From positions 1 to 62,139 of the forward strand of contig JAJYIM010000004.1 of assembly GCA_021790115.1 (NCBI GenBank): a stretch of DNA of 62,139 bases. Reading direction: 5' to 3'. Positions 47,038 to 55,713 of this stretch are shown here, piece after piece; the first letter of the stretch is position 1, and every line of letters starts with the position of its first letter. This DNA is from Actinomycetes bacterium (GTDB taxonomy: Bacteria > Actinomycetota > Thermoleophilia > BMS3ABIN01). Below the pieces are notes generated by a model. It had not been told where the DNA came from. It worked only from the letters and a program-made list of their open reading frames with translations, and searched no databases. The position numbers and the translations under genes are program-made.

Positions 47038-47472
47038 ATGTCAACAAGGATCAGGAAAAGAATGCAGGCGGGTAGCGGCGGTGAAGGCGGTTTTACGCTG
47101 ATTGAGCTGCTGGTGGTGATCATCATCATCGGCATCCTGGCGGCCATCGCGATACCGGTGTACTTAAGCCAGCGCAACAAGGGCTATGATTCAACAACGC
47201 AGAGCGATCTGCGCAATCTCGGGGTAGCGCAACAGTCATGGCTAGCTGAGCCTAGCAATGTTAACCCGGCGCAGACGTACTCCAGCACCCTTGCTAATTT
47301 GCAAAACATCGAGGGGTTTGTCTTGTCGCCCGGTGTTAATATCAATCTCACGAATGCTTCGAATGCCAACTACTGCGCGACCGCAACTAATTCCAATCAC
47401 CCGGGCACAGCCGGCACTTACTACATGACAGCCACTGTCTCGCCTACTCCAAACAAACCAACAGGTTGTTAA
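47038..47472 (+). CDS. pilA: Major type IV pilin
   Basis: GG|FTLIELLVVIIIIGILAAIAIP prepilin motif, two C-terminal Cys; RBS aaggaggtga. Confidence 0.93.
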   Translation: MSTRIRKRMQAGSGGEGGFTLIELLVVIIIIGILAAIAIPVYLSQRNKGYDSTTQSDLRNLGVAQQSWLAEPSNVNPAQTYSSTLANLQNIEGFVLSPGVNINLTNASNANYCATATNSNHPGTAGTYYMTATVSPTPNKPTGC

Positions 47473-47549
47473 GTGGTGAAACGGACTGGGTGAAACGGAC
47501 TGGCGTAACGGGAAGATGAACCCATCAATGGTCACTGATGGTGAGGTTA

Positions 47550-47583
47550 GCAAAAGGGCGGATCTTCAGATCCGCCCTTTTGC
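47550..47583. terminator. Strong hairpin downstream of pilA (probable terminator)
   Basis: gcaaaagggcggatc-ttca-gatccgcccttttgc, perfect 15-bp stem. Confidence 0.85.
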
Positions 47584-47684
47584 GTTGAAGCATCTTTTAT
47601 ACCTGCGCGGCTGCGGAACCTTCCGGCGCTGAAGGCTTTACTTATGACTTTCTTCCAGCGGCCGATAGTCTTAATAGAAGGGCC

Positions 47685-48251
47685 ATGGCAAGGCAGGCCG
47701 GCGGATGCCAGGAATTACTGTTGTTAAAAAAACGACATATCAGCAAGGCCGGTGGGGATAAACCGCGAGCGGTTTTCCCGGCTGCGGCCAGAAAAGCCGC
47801 GCCGGCGGCGCTCTTTGGCGGCCGGGACGGCTTCACGATGATCGAACTGCTGGTGGTGATGGTGCTGATCGGCATCATCATGGCCATGTCGGTCACCGGA
47901 TTTTCTTATTACCAGGCGGGCAGAGCATTGAATACGGCGGAAAGAGAGCTGACCACCGAGATAAGGGATGCGCAGTCCATGGCGGTTGCTACCGGAAACA
48001 AGTACCGGCTTGATTTCAGCGACCCTTCCCGGACGCTTTACAAGCTGCAGTACTGGAACGGCAGCGGCTGGACTGATGCCAGCAACCACCATCTGCCGGG
48101 CGGCGTTGAGTTTGACTCTGCCTCGATTGGCGCGATTGACTTTTACGCCCGCGGAAACTCGGATAGCGGCAGCGTGGTGCTGGACGGCCAGCTTGGCAAG
48201 ACCAAGACGGTGCAGGTTGATGGAGAGACGGCAAACGTGAGGACAACTTAA
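47685..48251 (+). CDS. FimT/GspH-like minor pilin
   Basis: G|FTMIELLVVMVLIG, EIRDAQSMA; start uncertain. Confidence 0.85.
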   Translation: MARQAGGCQELLLLKKRHISKAGGDKPRAVFPAAARKAAPAALFGGRDGFTMIELLVVMVLIGIIMAMSVTGFSYYQAGRALNTAERELTTEIRDAQSMAVATGNKYRLDFSDPSRTLYKLQYWNGSGWTDASNHHLPGGVEFDSASIGAIDFYARGNSDSGSVVLDGQLGKTKTVQVDGETANVRTT

Positions 48252-48260
48252 GGAGTCTAA

Positions 48261-50063
48261 GTGCGGGCAGCCCAGACATTGTCAACTATTATGCAAACGG
48301 CGGCGGCCAAAGTCCGGCCGCGCCGCCTTGGCGGCGAGGACGGGGTTACGCTGGTCGAAGTAATAGTCGCCATGGCGATTTTCCTGGTCATCGCCACGGC
48401 GGTGGCCGGGGCGATGACCATGGGGCTTGGAACCACGGCAAAGGCACGGGCGGCCACGGTTGGCAAGGCGGCGGCCCAGGCCCAGTTCGAGGAGATGAAA
48501 TCGCGCGTCTTTTACGTGCCCCACAGCAACTCAACCGACGCCATTGACATGCTGGCCAAATATTATCCAGATGTAAACACCAGCCGAACGACTGATCCCC
48601 AGGGTTGGACAGGCTGGTACACCAGCGGCAACGGCGATGCCTACTATACCAAGAAGGTTTCACTGGCCGACAGCAACGGCATCACCCTGACCGTGGCCAC
48701 CCGTTTTGTTGACAACTCCGGCAACATCATCACGCCATCGGCAACCTATGACTCCGCCAAGTCGGGGCAGGATTATCCTCCCAGCATGCTTGTCAAGGTC
48801 CAGATTACCGCTTCCTGGGGTTACGGAGGGCAGAACAAGAGCTACGTTCTTAATTCCGAGATCTCCGCCACCAGCGAGACCAGTTGTCCGCAGTCGTCCA
48901 ACAGCCACGCCGATGTCACGGGCGCCATTTTCTCGGTATCTACCGGAACCGCCAATCCTTATACTGATTTTGTTGGCGGCAGCTTCGGCGACGCCCACGC
49001 GTCCACCGGCTACGGCTGCACCGTCAGCGCCCAGGCACGTGCCACCGGTGGCCAGATGACGGTATTTGGCGGCTCCACTACCAAAGGCGCGACGGTTGCG
49101 GTCAGCGGTCCACCCCCACCCGACAGCCAGCAGTCGGCGGGGCCAATCAACCTTTCCCTAAGCATATGGCCCGCGCTGTACCTGACCACGGGCTCCGCCA
49201 ACGCCAGTCAGAGCAGCGGCGGCCAAAACCAGGTTACGGCGCAGGGAAATACTACAGTGCTGCTGCAGGCACTCGGCCTGCAGCAGCTGGCCACCCCTTC
49301 GGATGACGGCGTCAGCGGCTACCGGCGCTGGGCTTTTATCAACCCCGCCGTGACCGTCATCGGCAGCAACCTGCTGGGCGGCAATGATGATGACGAATGT
49401 GATGACGACGACGGGGGCGACGATGAGGGCGGCTGTACCCAGAACCAGATGGTGTTCGCCAACCTGCGCGAGCGGGACGGCACCACTGACGCAAACGCAC
49501 ATGTCGCTTACCAGCAGGTTGACATTCTGCCGCTTGTGGCCCTCACCGCCAATACGCCTTCGGCAGCGGAGGGGCTGGTATTTGTGAGGAGCTTTAAGGC
49601 TGACGCCGACAGCACGGTCAACGGCAGCCCGGGCGGGATCAGCAATAAATTGTCATATTCAGCCGAGATCGGGATTTTTAACCCCAAATCGCCGCCATAT
49701 TGCGTCCTCGATGGGTGTTACGACCTTTATGGAGATTGTCCTACTTGTATAGGCCCGGCTATCAATTCTTCGAATCCGATCCAGACCGCCATTAATTTGG
49801 CCCAGCAGAAATACGGCCTGCAGCGGGCGCTGTTTACAGAATGGCAGAGCTTCACGGCCACGGACATCACAAACGCAATGGCGGCATCGCCCGACGGTAC
49901 CACCGCCTCAATTAGCGCGGACGCTCTGATGAAGATGACCGCGAAGTTCGGCACGGAAGTGAGGATGAACCCGACAGACGGCTCTGTTGTCCTGGTAAAC
50001 CCGCTGGGGCTGCAGCAGGTGTGGCTGGGAGCGATAAATGTTTCAGTTTTGCAAAAACCATAA
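48261..50063 (+). CDS. Large PilV-like minor pilin with extended C-terminal domain
   Basis: G|VTLVEVIVAMAIF prepilin motif; ~500-aa Ser/Thr/Gly-rich beta-type extension. Confidence 0.82.
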   Translation: MRAAQTLSTIMQTAAAKVRPRRLGGEDGVTLVEVIVAMAIFLVIATAVAGAMTMGLGTTAKARAATVGKAAAQAQFEEMKSRVFYVPHSNSTDAIDMLAKYYPDVNTSRTTDPQGWTGWYTSGNGDAYYTKKVSLADSNGITLTVATRFVDNSGNIITPSATYDSAKSGQDYPPSMLVKVQITASWGYGGQNKSYVLNSEISATSETSCPQSSNSHADVTGAIFSVSTGTANPYTDFVGGSFGDAHASTGYGCTVSAQARATGGQMTVFGGSTTKGATVAVSGPPPPDSQQSAGPINLSLSIWPALYLTTGSANASQSSGGQNQVTAQGNTTVLLQALGLQQLATPSDDGVSGYRRWAFINPAVTVIGSNLLGGNDDDECDDDDGGDDEGGCTQNQMVFANLRERDGTTDANAHVAYQQVDILPLVALTANTPSAAEGLVFVRSFKADADSTVNGSPGGISNKLSYSAEIGIFNPKSPPYCVLDGCYDLYGDCPTCIGPAINSSNPIQTAINLAQQKYGLQRALFTEWQSFTATDITNAMAASPDGTTASISADALMKMTAKFGTEVRMNPTDGSVVLVNPLGLQQVWLGAINVSVLQKP

Positions 50064-50679
50064 GCAGGGCTGGCGGCCGCGCGGCCGCTCTGAGCGCGGC
50101 GGCGCCGGTGGCGGCGCCGGCTTTACCATGATCGAGATCCTGGTGACGCTGCTGATCCTTTCCGTGATCATGGCGGCTATGTTTACCTTTCTCTGGGCCA
50201 TGAGCGGCTACTGGAAAAAGGGGCAGAATACGGCGGACATGACGGAAAATGCGCGGCTGGGGCTAAACCGCATGACCCGGGAGCTGATGCAGGCGGCGCA
50301 GGTGACGGTGGCCCAGGCCGGCCAGGTCTCGTTCGAGGTCAATTTCAACGATGGCGCCGGCTGGCAGACTGTCACGTATGGATTTACCGCTGGCAACCAG
50401 GGGGCGCCGGGAACCGTCTGGCGCACGTCATCGGCTGACATGCGGCAGGTGACGTTAATCAACGATGTCAGTAATGCCGCATTCAGTTACTTCGGCAATG
50501 ATTACAAATGCGACGCCGACAACGACGGCATTGTCACCCTGGCCGACATCAACAGGGGCAGCTGCGGTGGCAACCTGGACAAGGTTGGCCGCGTCGATAT
50601 CAGCCTGACGATGGCGGCAGGCAGCCAGTCGCAAACCATTGCCGACCAGGCCTGGATCAGGAACCGTCCCACTGATTAG
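50038..50679 (+). CDS. PilW-like minor pilin
   Basis: G|FTMIEILVTLLIL, ENARLGLNRMTRELMQA. Confidence 0.85.
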   Translation: MFQFCKNHKQGWRPRGRSERGGAGGGAGFTMIEILVTLLILSVIMAAMFTFLWAMSGYWKKGQNTADMTENARLGLNRMTRELMQAAQVTVAQAGQVSFEVNFNDGAGWQTVTYGFTAGNQGAPGTVWRTSSADMRQVTLINDVSNAAFSYFGNDYKCDADNDGIVTLADINRGSCGGNLDKVGRVDISLTMAAGSQSQTIADQAWIRNRPTD

Positions 50680-50690
50680 AAAGGGTTGTC

Positions 50691-52028
50691 ATGAGAAGCA
50701 TTTATAAACAATTGCTTAAGCGGCTGCGGCCGGGCGCGGAGTCAGGCGTGGCGATGGTTACGGTGATCATCATGTCGGCGGTGCTGCTGATGGTGGGCAC
50801 GGGCATGTATTACGTCGCCAGCAGCGAGCAAACGATGACCCAGGCCAACAATGTTGGCGGCCAGGCTTTCTACTTTGCGGAAGGCGGGCTGGAAAACGTG
50901 CTGGATATACTCAATTACGAGGCTACGGAATGGCAACTGACACAGCCCCGGCCCGATCAGAGCCAGGACGGCTTTGGCTATTTGATGGATCCGAATCCTG
51001 ATTTGCGCCAGACTCCTTCCAATCCTGTCCAGATGAAGATTGGCAGCCAGACTTATACCGTCTACGTCGATGAGGTGGGCCAGGACGGGAACCACTGCAC
51101 CGACTGCGGCCTGAAACTGACCAGCAAACACCTACACCCGGCTTACCTCATGGTCTATGCGGAGGGGCAGACGGCCGAGGGATACCGGAAACTGGAGCAG
51201 CAGGTGACGCTGACGCCCACCGGTTATCCGCTGGATTTCTTTATTGATACAAGTATCACCCTTAATGGCAATCCAAGCCTGACAGGCCAGAGCCTGTTTG
51301 TGAACGGTGACGTTTCAGGCCGCAAGTTCCTCACGGTGAGCGGCACGGACAGCACGTACAACATACCGGCGGGAGTCTTTGCCACCGGGCGGATTTATGC
51401 AGATCCCGGTACAAGCTGCCCAATATACACAACCAGCGGGGATGCAAACCCCGGCTGCTGGAAAAGCAGTTTTTCCCACGACCGCGACGAATACGGCCCA
51501 GCGGGCCATACGTTTACAATGTCTGACCTTCAGGGTTATTTCAACCCCGGCGGCCTTACCACCACGCAGCTGGCAATGTTGCAAAGCCAGGCCCAGACTT
51601 CCGGCTATTATAATGGCAACGCCAGCGGCAGCCTCACCATTCAGCAAAGCGATCTGCCGAACCGCTCAGGCGACATAGTGATCTATGTTGACTTTCCTTC
51701 AGGAAGTCCTCAGCAAAACCTGGCGGACCTGAAGTTCTCCTGGCCTCCTAACTCATCTTACACCGGCAAGGCGATAATAGTTGTCTTAAATGGCAACATC
51801 AAGATGGCAGGCGTCGCCATCGGCCAGGCAAGCGCGGTCATCTATTGCCCCAACGGCAGCGTCACCGCTGAGGGCAGCGGCAGCCAGACCTTCAACGGTT
51901 TTGTCTATGGCGCCGGGTTTACCGATAAAGGCAATTTTACTTTCAACCTGACGCCGCAGATGCTCGACGACCCGCCCTTCTTTGCCTGGTCTGTCACCAG
52001 GGGCACCTGGCAGCAAGTCGATCAGTAG
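50691..52028 (+). CDS. PilX-like minor pilin / pilus-tip protein
   Basis: ESG|VAMVTVII (no Glu5, as in PilX/GspK), QAFYFAEGGLE motif. Confidence 0.82.
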   Translation: MRSIYKQLLKRLRPGAESGVAMVTVIIMSAVLLMVGTGMYYVASSEQTMTQANNVGGQAFYFAEGGLENVLDILNYEATEWQLTQPRPDQSQDGFGYLMDPNPDLRQTPSNPVQMKIGSQTYTVYVDEVGQDGNHCTDCGLKLTSKHLHPAYLMVYAEGQTAEGYRKLEQQVTLTPTGYPLDFFIDTSITLNGNPSLTGQSLFVNGDVSGRKFLTVSGTDSTYNIPAGVFATGRIYADPGTSCPIYTTSGDANPGCWKSSFSHDRDEYGPAGHTFTMSDLQGYFNPGGLTTTQLAMLQSQAQTSGYYNGNASGSLTIQQSDLPNRSGDIVIYVDFPSGSPQQNLADLKFSWPPNSSYTGKAIIVVLNGNIKMAGVAIGQASAVIYCPNGSVTAEGSGSQTFNGFVYGAGFTDKGNFTFNLTPQMLDDPPFFAWSVTRGTWQQVDQ

Positions 52029-52039
52029 GGATTGGCAAG

Positions 52040-52162
52040 GGCAGGCACAGGCATTCAGCCTGTGCAAACATCCGACGGCAGGCACAGGCTTTTAGCCTGT
52101 GCAGAAGAGGGCGTGTGCGTAAAGGGAGTCTCCCAAAGGCAGGCTAAAAGCCTGCCATCTAC
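52040..52162. repeat. GTAG-type REP cluster 3
   Basis: Two gcacaggc-N5-gcctgtgc hairpins, conserved spacer, ggcaggctaaaagcctgccatctac. Confidence 0.85.
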
Positions 52163-52252
52163 GAAGCCTTTCATTTACAAGCTATGTTTTACCAGAAGGT
52201 AACCGGGCGATAATGTCCAAGAATGTAGGGTTCGATCATCCTGCACTTGGTA

Positions 52253-52891
52253 ATGGCAAAATTGGCAAAGATCATCGACATATCAGTGCCCATCTATAAC
52301 GGCATGGTTGTCTATCCCGGAGACTTTGGCGCTTCCATTGAGCCATTCCGCCAAATCGCGCGCGGGGATGCAGCCAACCTCTCGCGGCTGAAGCTGGGCT
52401 CTCACACCGGCACGCATGTGGATGCTCCCCGGCACTTCGTTGAGGGCCGGGAGCCGGTAGACCAGCTGCCGCTTGACGTCCTCGTGGGAGAAGCGCGGGT
52501 GCTGGACCTGACCACGGTGGAGAGACAGATTTCGCCGGCAGACCTTGAAAACGCCGGTATTGGCGCCGCCGCCCGCATCCTGCTTAAAACGAGTAACTCC
52601 CGGCTATGGGCCGACCCCGTTTTTAGTAAGGAATATGTCTCTTTGTCAAACGAGGCGGCCGATTTTCTGGTGGAGCGGGGCTCACGGCTGGTGGCGATAG
52701 ACTATCTTTCTGTCGAGCGTTTTCACCCCGATGGACATCATGTCCACCACGCCTTGCTAAGCGCCTCGGTTGTAGTTGTTGAAGGGGTGAACTTAAGCGC
52801 GGTGGAGCCGGGGGATTACCAGCTCGTTTGCCTGCCGCTTAAAATCAGGGACGCCGACGGCGCGCCGGCGCGGGCGGTTCTGATTAAGTAG
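52253..52891 (+). CDS. Cyclase-family metal-dependent hydrolase (kynurenine formamidase-like)
   Basis: HTGTHVDAPRHF, AIDYLS, VVVEG, LPLKI..ADGAPARAV. Confidence 0.92.
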   Translation: MAKLAKIIDISVPIYNGMVVYPGDFGASIEPFRQIARGDAANLSRLKLGSHTGTHVDAPRHFVEGREPVDQLPLDVLVGEARVLDLTTVERQISPADLENAGIGAAARILLKTSNSRLWADPVFSKEYVSLSNEAADFLVERGSRLVAIDYLSVERFHPDGHHVHHALLSASVVVVEGVNLSAVEPGDYQLVCLPLKIRDADGAPARAVLIK

Positions 52892-53066
52892 CTATCTCAA
52901 AAGGCTCTCCGCAGCGAGGGCGAGCGAAAAGGCCATGGGCAAGGACGCAGGAGAAAAAAGCCCGCAGTCGTACCTGTACGGTACGTCGAGGACTTTTTGC
53001 TCCGAGGACGCCGCCCGTGGCCTTTGCAGCCGGCCGCAGCAGGATACGCCTTTTGAGATAGTTACT
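52887..53066. mobile_element. 180-bp MITE, long member of the family
   Basis: TIRs agtagctatctcaaaagg / ccttttgagatagttact; internal gcagcgagggcgagcgaaaagg shared with 28365; overlaps the upstream stop codon. Confidence 0.78.
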
Positions 53067-53106
53067 AAGCAGGAGGAAAAGCAGGGCAGCGGCGGCATGG
53101 CAGTTC

Positions 53107-55350
53107 CTATTCGGTGACCACTATCCGCACCGGGCCATCCTTGCTCGTGACCACAAACGAGGTCACATCCCCGTCGCGGCGAAATTTCAGGGAAAGAGTG
53201 GCGTTGCCAACTCGCAGATCTTTAATATCAGCCTCCCGGAGCCAGCCGGGGAGGGATGGGGAGTCAACATTAACAGTGTTGCTGGGGGCATCGGCTTCGA
53301 TGCCCAGCATCGCCTGCAGGATCATGAAGATGGCGCCGGAAGCCCAGGCCTGGGGGCTGCAGGCGACCGGATAGTTGACCGGCCTGCTGATTGACCTCTT
53401 GGTAAAGCCGCAAAAGAGTTCCGGCAGGCGGAAATAATCATAGTGAAGGGCGGCGTCAAAGAGGCCGGAGCTTATCTTGTTGGCAGCCTCGGCAAAGCCG
53501 TATTTTTTCAGGCCACGGATGATGATGGCGTTGTCATGGGGCCAGACGCTGCCGTTGTGGTAGCTCATCGGGTTATAATTAAGCGATGACTTGCTCATCG
53601 TTCTGATGCCCCAGCCGGAGAACATGTCCGGCATGAGCAGCCTCTCGGCGACCTGCCCGGCTTTGCTGTCATTGATGATCCGGGCCCAGAGCCCGTGCGC
53701 GGGGTTGGACGTAATTGTTCTCACCTGGTTTTTATCCCGGTCCAGGGCCATGGCGTAGTAGCCTTCTTCCGGCATCCAGAAGGCTTCGTTAAAGCGCTTC
53801 TTTAAGGATTTGGCCTGGTTCTCCAACTCAGCCGCCCGCCCGCTGTCGCCAAGCAACGAGAACAGCCAGCTCATGCGCCGCTTGGCAAAGTAGGCGTAAG
53901 CCTGCACTTCCGCCAAAGCGATTGGCGCTTCCGCCAGGCGGCCGTCGGCGTGAACGACCGAGTTGCCTGAGTCTTTCCAGCCCTGGTTAACCAGGCCGCG
54001 CCTGGACTTGGTCTCATATTCGATAAAGCCGTCGCCGTCGCCGTCGCCGAAATTGTCCAGCCACTCCAGGGCCTGGTTGATGGCGTCTGTAACCCGCCGG
54101 ACAATTTTCAGGTCGCCCGTCCATTTGACGATCTCCGAGATCATGATCAGGTAGAGGGCGGTGGAGTCGGCGCTGCCAAAGTAAGGAGTGTGGGGAATGG
54201 CCCTGATATTGGCCAACTCGCCCCGCCTGATTTCATGGAATATCTTGCCCGGCTCCTCATCGCGCCAGGGGTCGATGGTCTTGCCCTGCAGTTGTGTGAA
54301 CACCTTGGACGTTTCCACTGCCGGATGAGTATCGAGCATCATTATCTGCAGGCAGGTGATGATCGTGTCGCGGCCAAAGGGGGTGACAAACCAGGGCACG
54401 CCGGCGCTTAAGAAAAACCCAAACTGGGTGTCCGTGGCCAGCATGCGGAGATCACGCTGGCTGCTTCTGAGCACTTCTGTAAATAGCTCGTTATCCGTCT
54501 CGATCCTGGTGGTGCCTGCGAACCATTGCTCGTAGCTTTTGCGCATGTCGCCGATCGCCCTGTTAAAACTGACGCCTTTTGGTGACGTTGTTGTGGGCAA
54601 AACCGGCTCGATGTCAAATTTGACAACGCTGCGCTCCCTCGGCTCAAGGTGGAAACGGAAGGTCGCTGTAGTGCTCTCGATTGCCGCCGGCGGCGTCTCC
54701 AGCCGGATATATGTCTTGCGGAGAATATCGTCAAGTCCCAGGTAGGCGAGCAGAATGGAATTCTCATTCACCTTGGGAGCCAGCCTGGTGCCGAACTTCG
54801 TCCGCCTCGTGCCACGGACTTCGAACATGTCGGCGAAATCGGAGTCAAATTCGATCTCCAGGGAGATATCCACCGGGAAGTGGTTATAATTCTTGATGCG
54901 CACCAGTTCAAACAGCCTGCTGTTAATCACCCGGATGCGGCGGATATTGATGGTTTCCTGCGGCACGACCATGCCGTCGGGCATCATAAAGTCGGCGTTG
55001 GTAAGCTCGATCTGGCTCATGAAGCCCCGGTCGGCGGTTGATGACAGCAGCACCGGATTGGAGCCGAAGAGAGTCATGTTGAAGGTTTTCAGGAAGCGGG
55101 TGTCCTGAAGGTAAAGGCCAAGGCCGGAAGTGTCCTCACGGGCGATATTGCCTTCTATGTCACTGTAAAGGAAAAGCTCGCCTTCCTTTATCACCAGTTT
55201 TTCCTTCTTGACATCGACGATGACGAAAGGCTCGCCATGCGCCAGCACGCGGCTTGACTCCTCGGCGAGCACGGTGAAGTATTCGCCGCCGATCTTTATC
55301 TCGCGGCTGTTTTTGGTTTCCTGGCCCTTTTTGGTGTCCGCGCCTGTCAT
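53107..55350 (-). CDS. Amylo-alpha-1,6-glucosidase / glycogen debranching enzyme family
   Basis: GLYLQDTRFL N-domain, AGVPWFVTPFGRD, EEPGKIFHE, NQGWKDS, YHNGSVWPHDN, LPELFCG, ACSPQAWAS. Confidence 0.93.
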   Translation of the reverse strand: MTGADTKKGQETKNSREIKIGGEYFTVLAEESSRVLAHGEPFVIVDVKKEKLVIKEGELFLYSDIEGNIAREDTSGLGLYLQDTRFLKTFNMTLFGSNPVLLSSTADRGFMSQIELTNADFMMPDGMVVPQETINIRRIRVINSRLFELVRIKNYNHFPVDISLEIEFDSDFADMFEVRGTRRTKFGTRLAPKVNENSILLAYLGLDDILRKTYIRLETPPAAIESTTATFRFHLEPRERSVVKFDIEPVLPTTTSPKGVSFNRAIGDMRKSYEQWFAGTTRIETDNELFTEVLRSSQRDLRMLATDTQFGFFLSAGVPWFVTPFGRDTIITCLQIMMLDTHPAVETSKVFTQLQGKTIDPWRDEEPGKIFHEIRRGELANIRAIPHTPYFGSADSTALYLIMISEIVKWTGDLKIVRRVTDAINQALEWLDNFGDGDGDGFIEYETKSRRGLVNQGWKDSGNSVVHADGRLAEAPIALAEVQAYAYFAKRRMSWLFSLLGDSGRAAELENQAKSLKKRFNEAFWMPEEGYYAMALDRDKNQVRTITSNPAHGLWARIINDSKAGQVAERLLMPDMFSGWGIRTMSKSSLNYNPMSYHNGSVWPHDNAIIIRGLKKYGFAEAANKISSGLFDAALHYDYFRLPELFCGFTKRSISRPVNYPVACSPQAWASGAIFMILQAMLGIEADAPSNTVNVDSPSLPGWLREADIKDLRVGNATLSLKFRRDGDVTSFVVTSKDGPVRIVVTE

Positions 55351-55433
55351 GTTCAGTTAAACGGCCAAAGACCGGCAAAGCTTTAAGAATCAAGTTCAAA
55401 AGGCGCATGTTGCTGCCATTTAAATCATGATCA

Positions 55434-55459
55434 GTTTTACCCGTTATCACAATGGGTAT
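55434..55459 (+). promoter_or_regulatory. SigB/SigF-type promoter (distal) towards the radical SAM gene
   Basis: GTTTTA-N14-GGGTAT. Confidence 0.5.
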
Positions 55460-55602
55460 CTCCTCTTTTTTCAAGCCCGCCGCCGTTTTCCTTTTTTAAA
55501 ATTTTTGATAGGATTTAAAAAAAAATTGTTTGTGCTTTCCGGAACCGGGGAGGAAACGGTGAAGGAATCCGGCGCTTCAGGAGCTAATTATTTAAAAAAT
55601 AT

Positions 55603-55629
55603 GTTTCGAGTGGCTTGCCAAGCGGGTAT
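55603..55629 (+). promoter_or_regulatory. SigB/SigF-type promoter (proximal) towards the radical SAM gene
   Basis: GTTT-N17-GGGTAT, 85 nt before the ATG. Confidence 0.55.
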
Positions 55630-55713
55630 AGCATGGTTTCAGGGGTCAATTTCCGCGGCAGTCACCGGTATTTTTGCAACTATTGCTAACTGAAGTCGGG
55701 AGGAGGCTCGCGT

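Noticed and set aside
52892-53117. Short ORFs on both strands between the cyclase and debranching genes
   Set aside because: They lie inside the 180-bp MITE.
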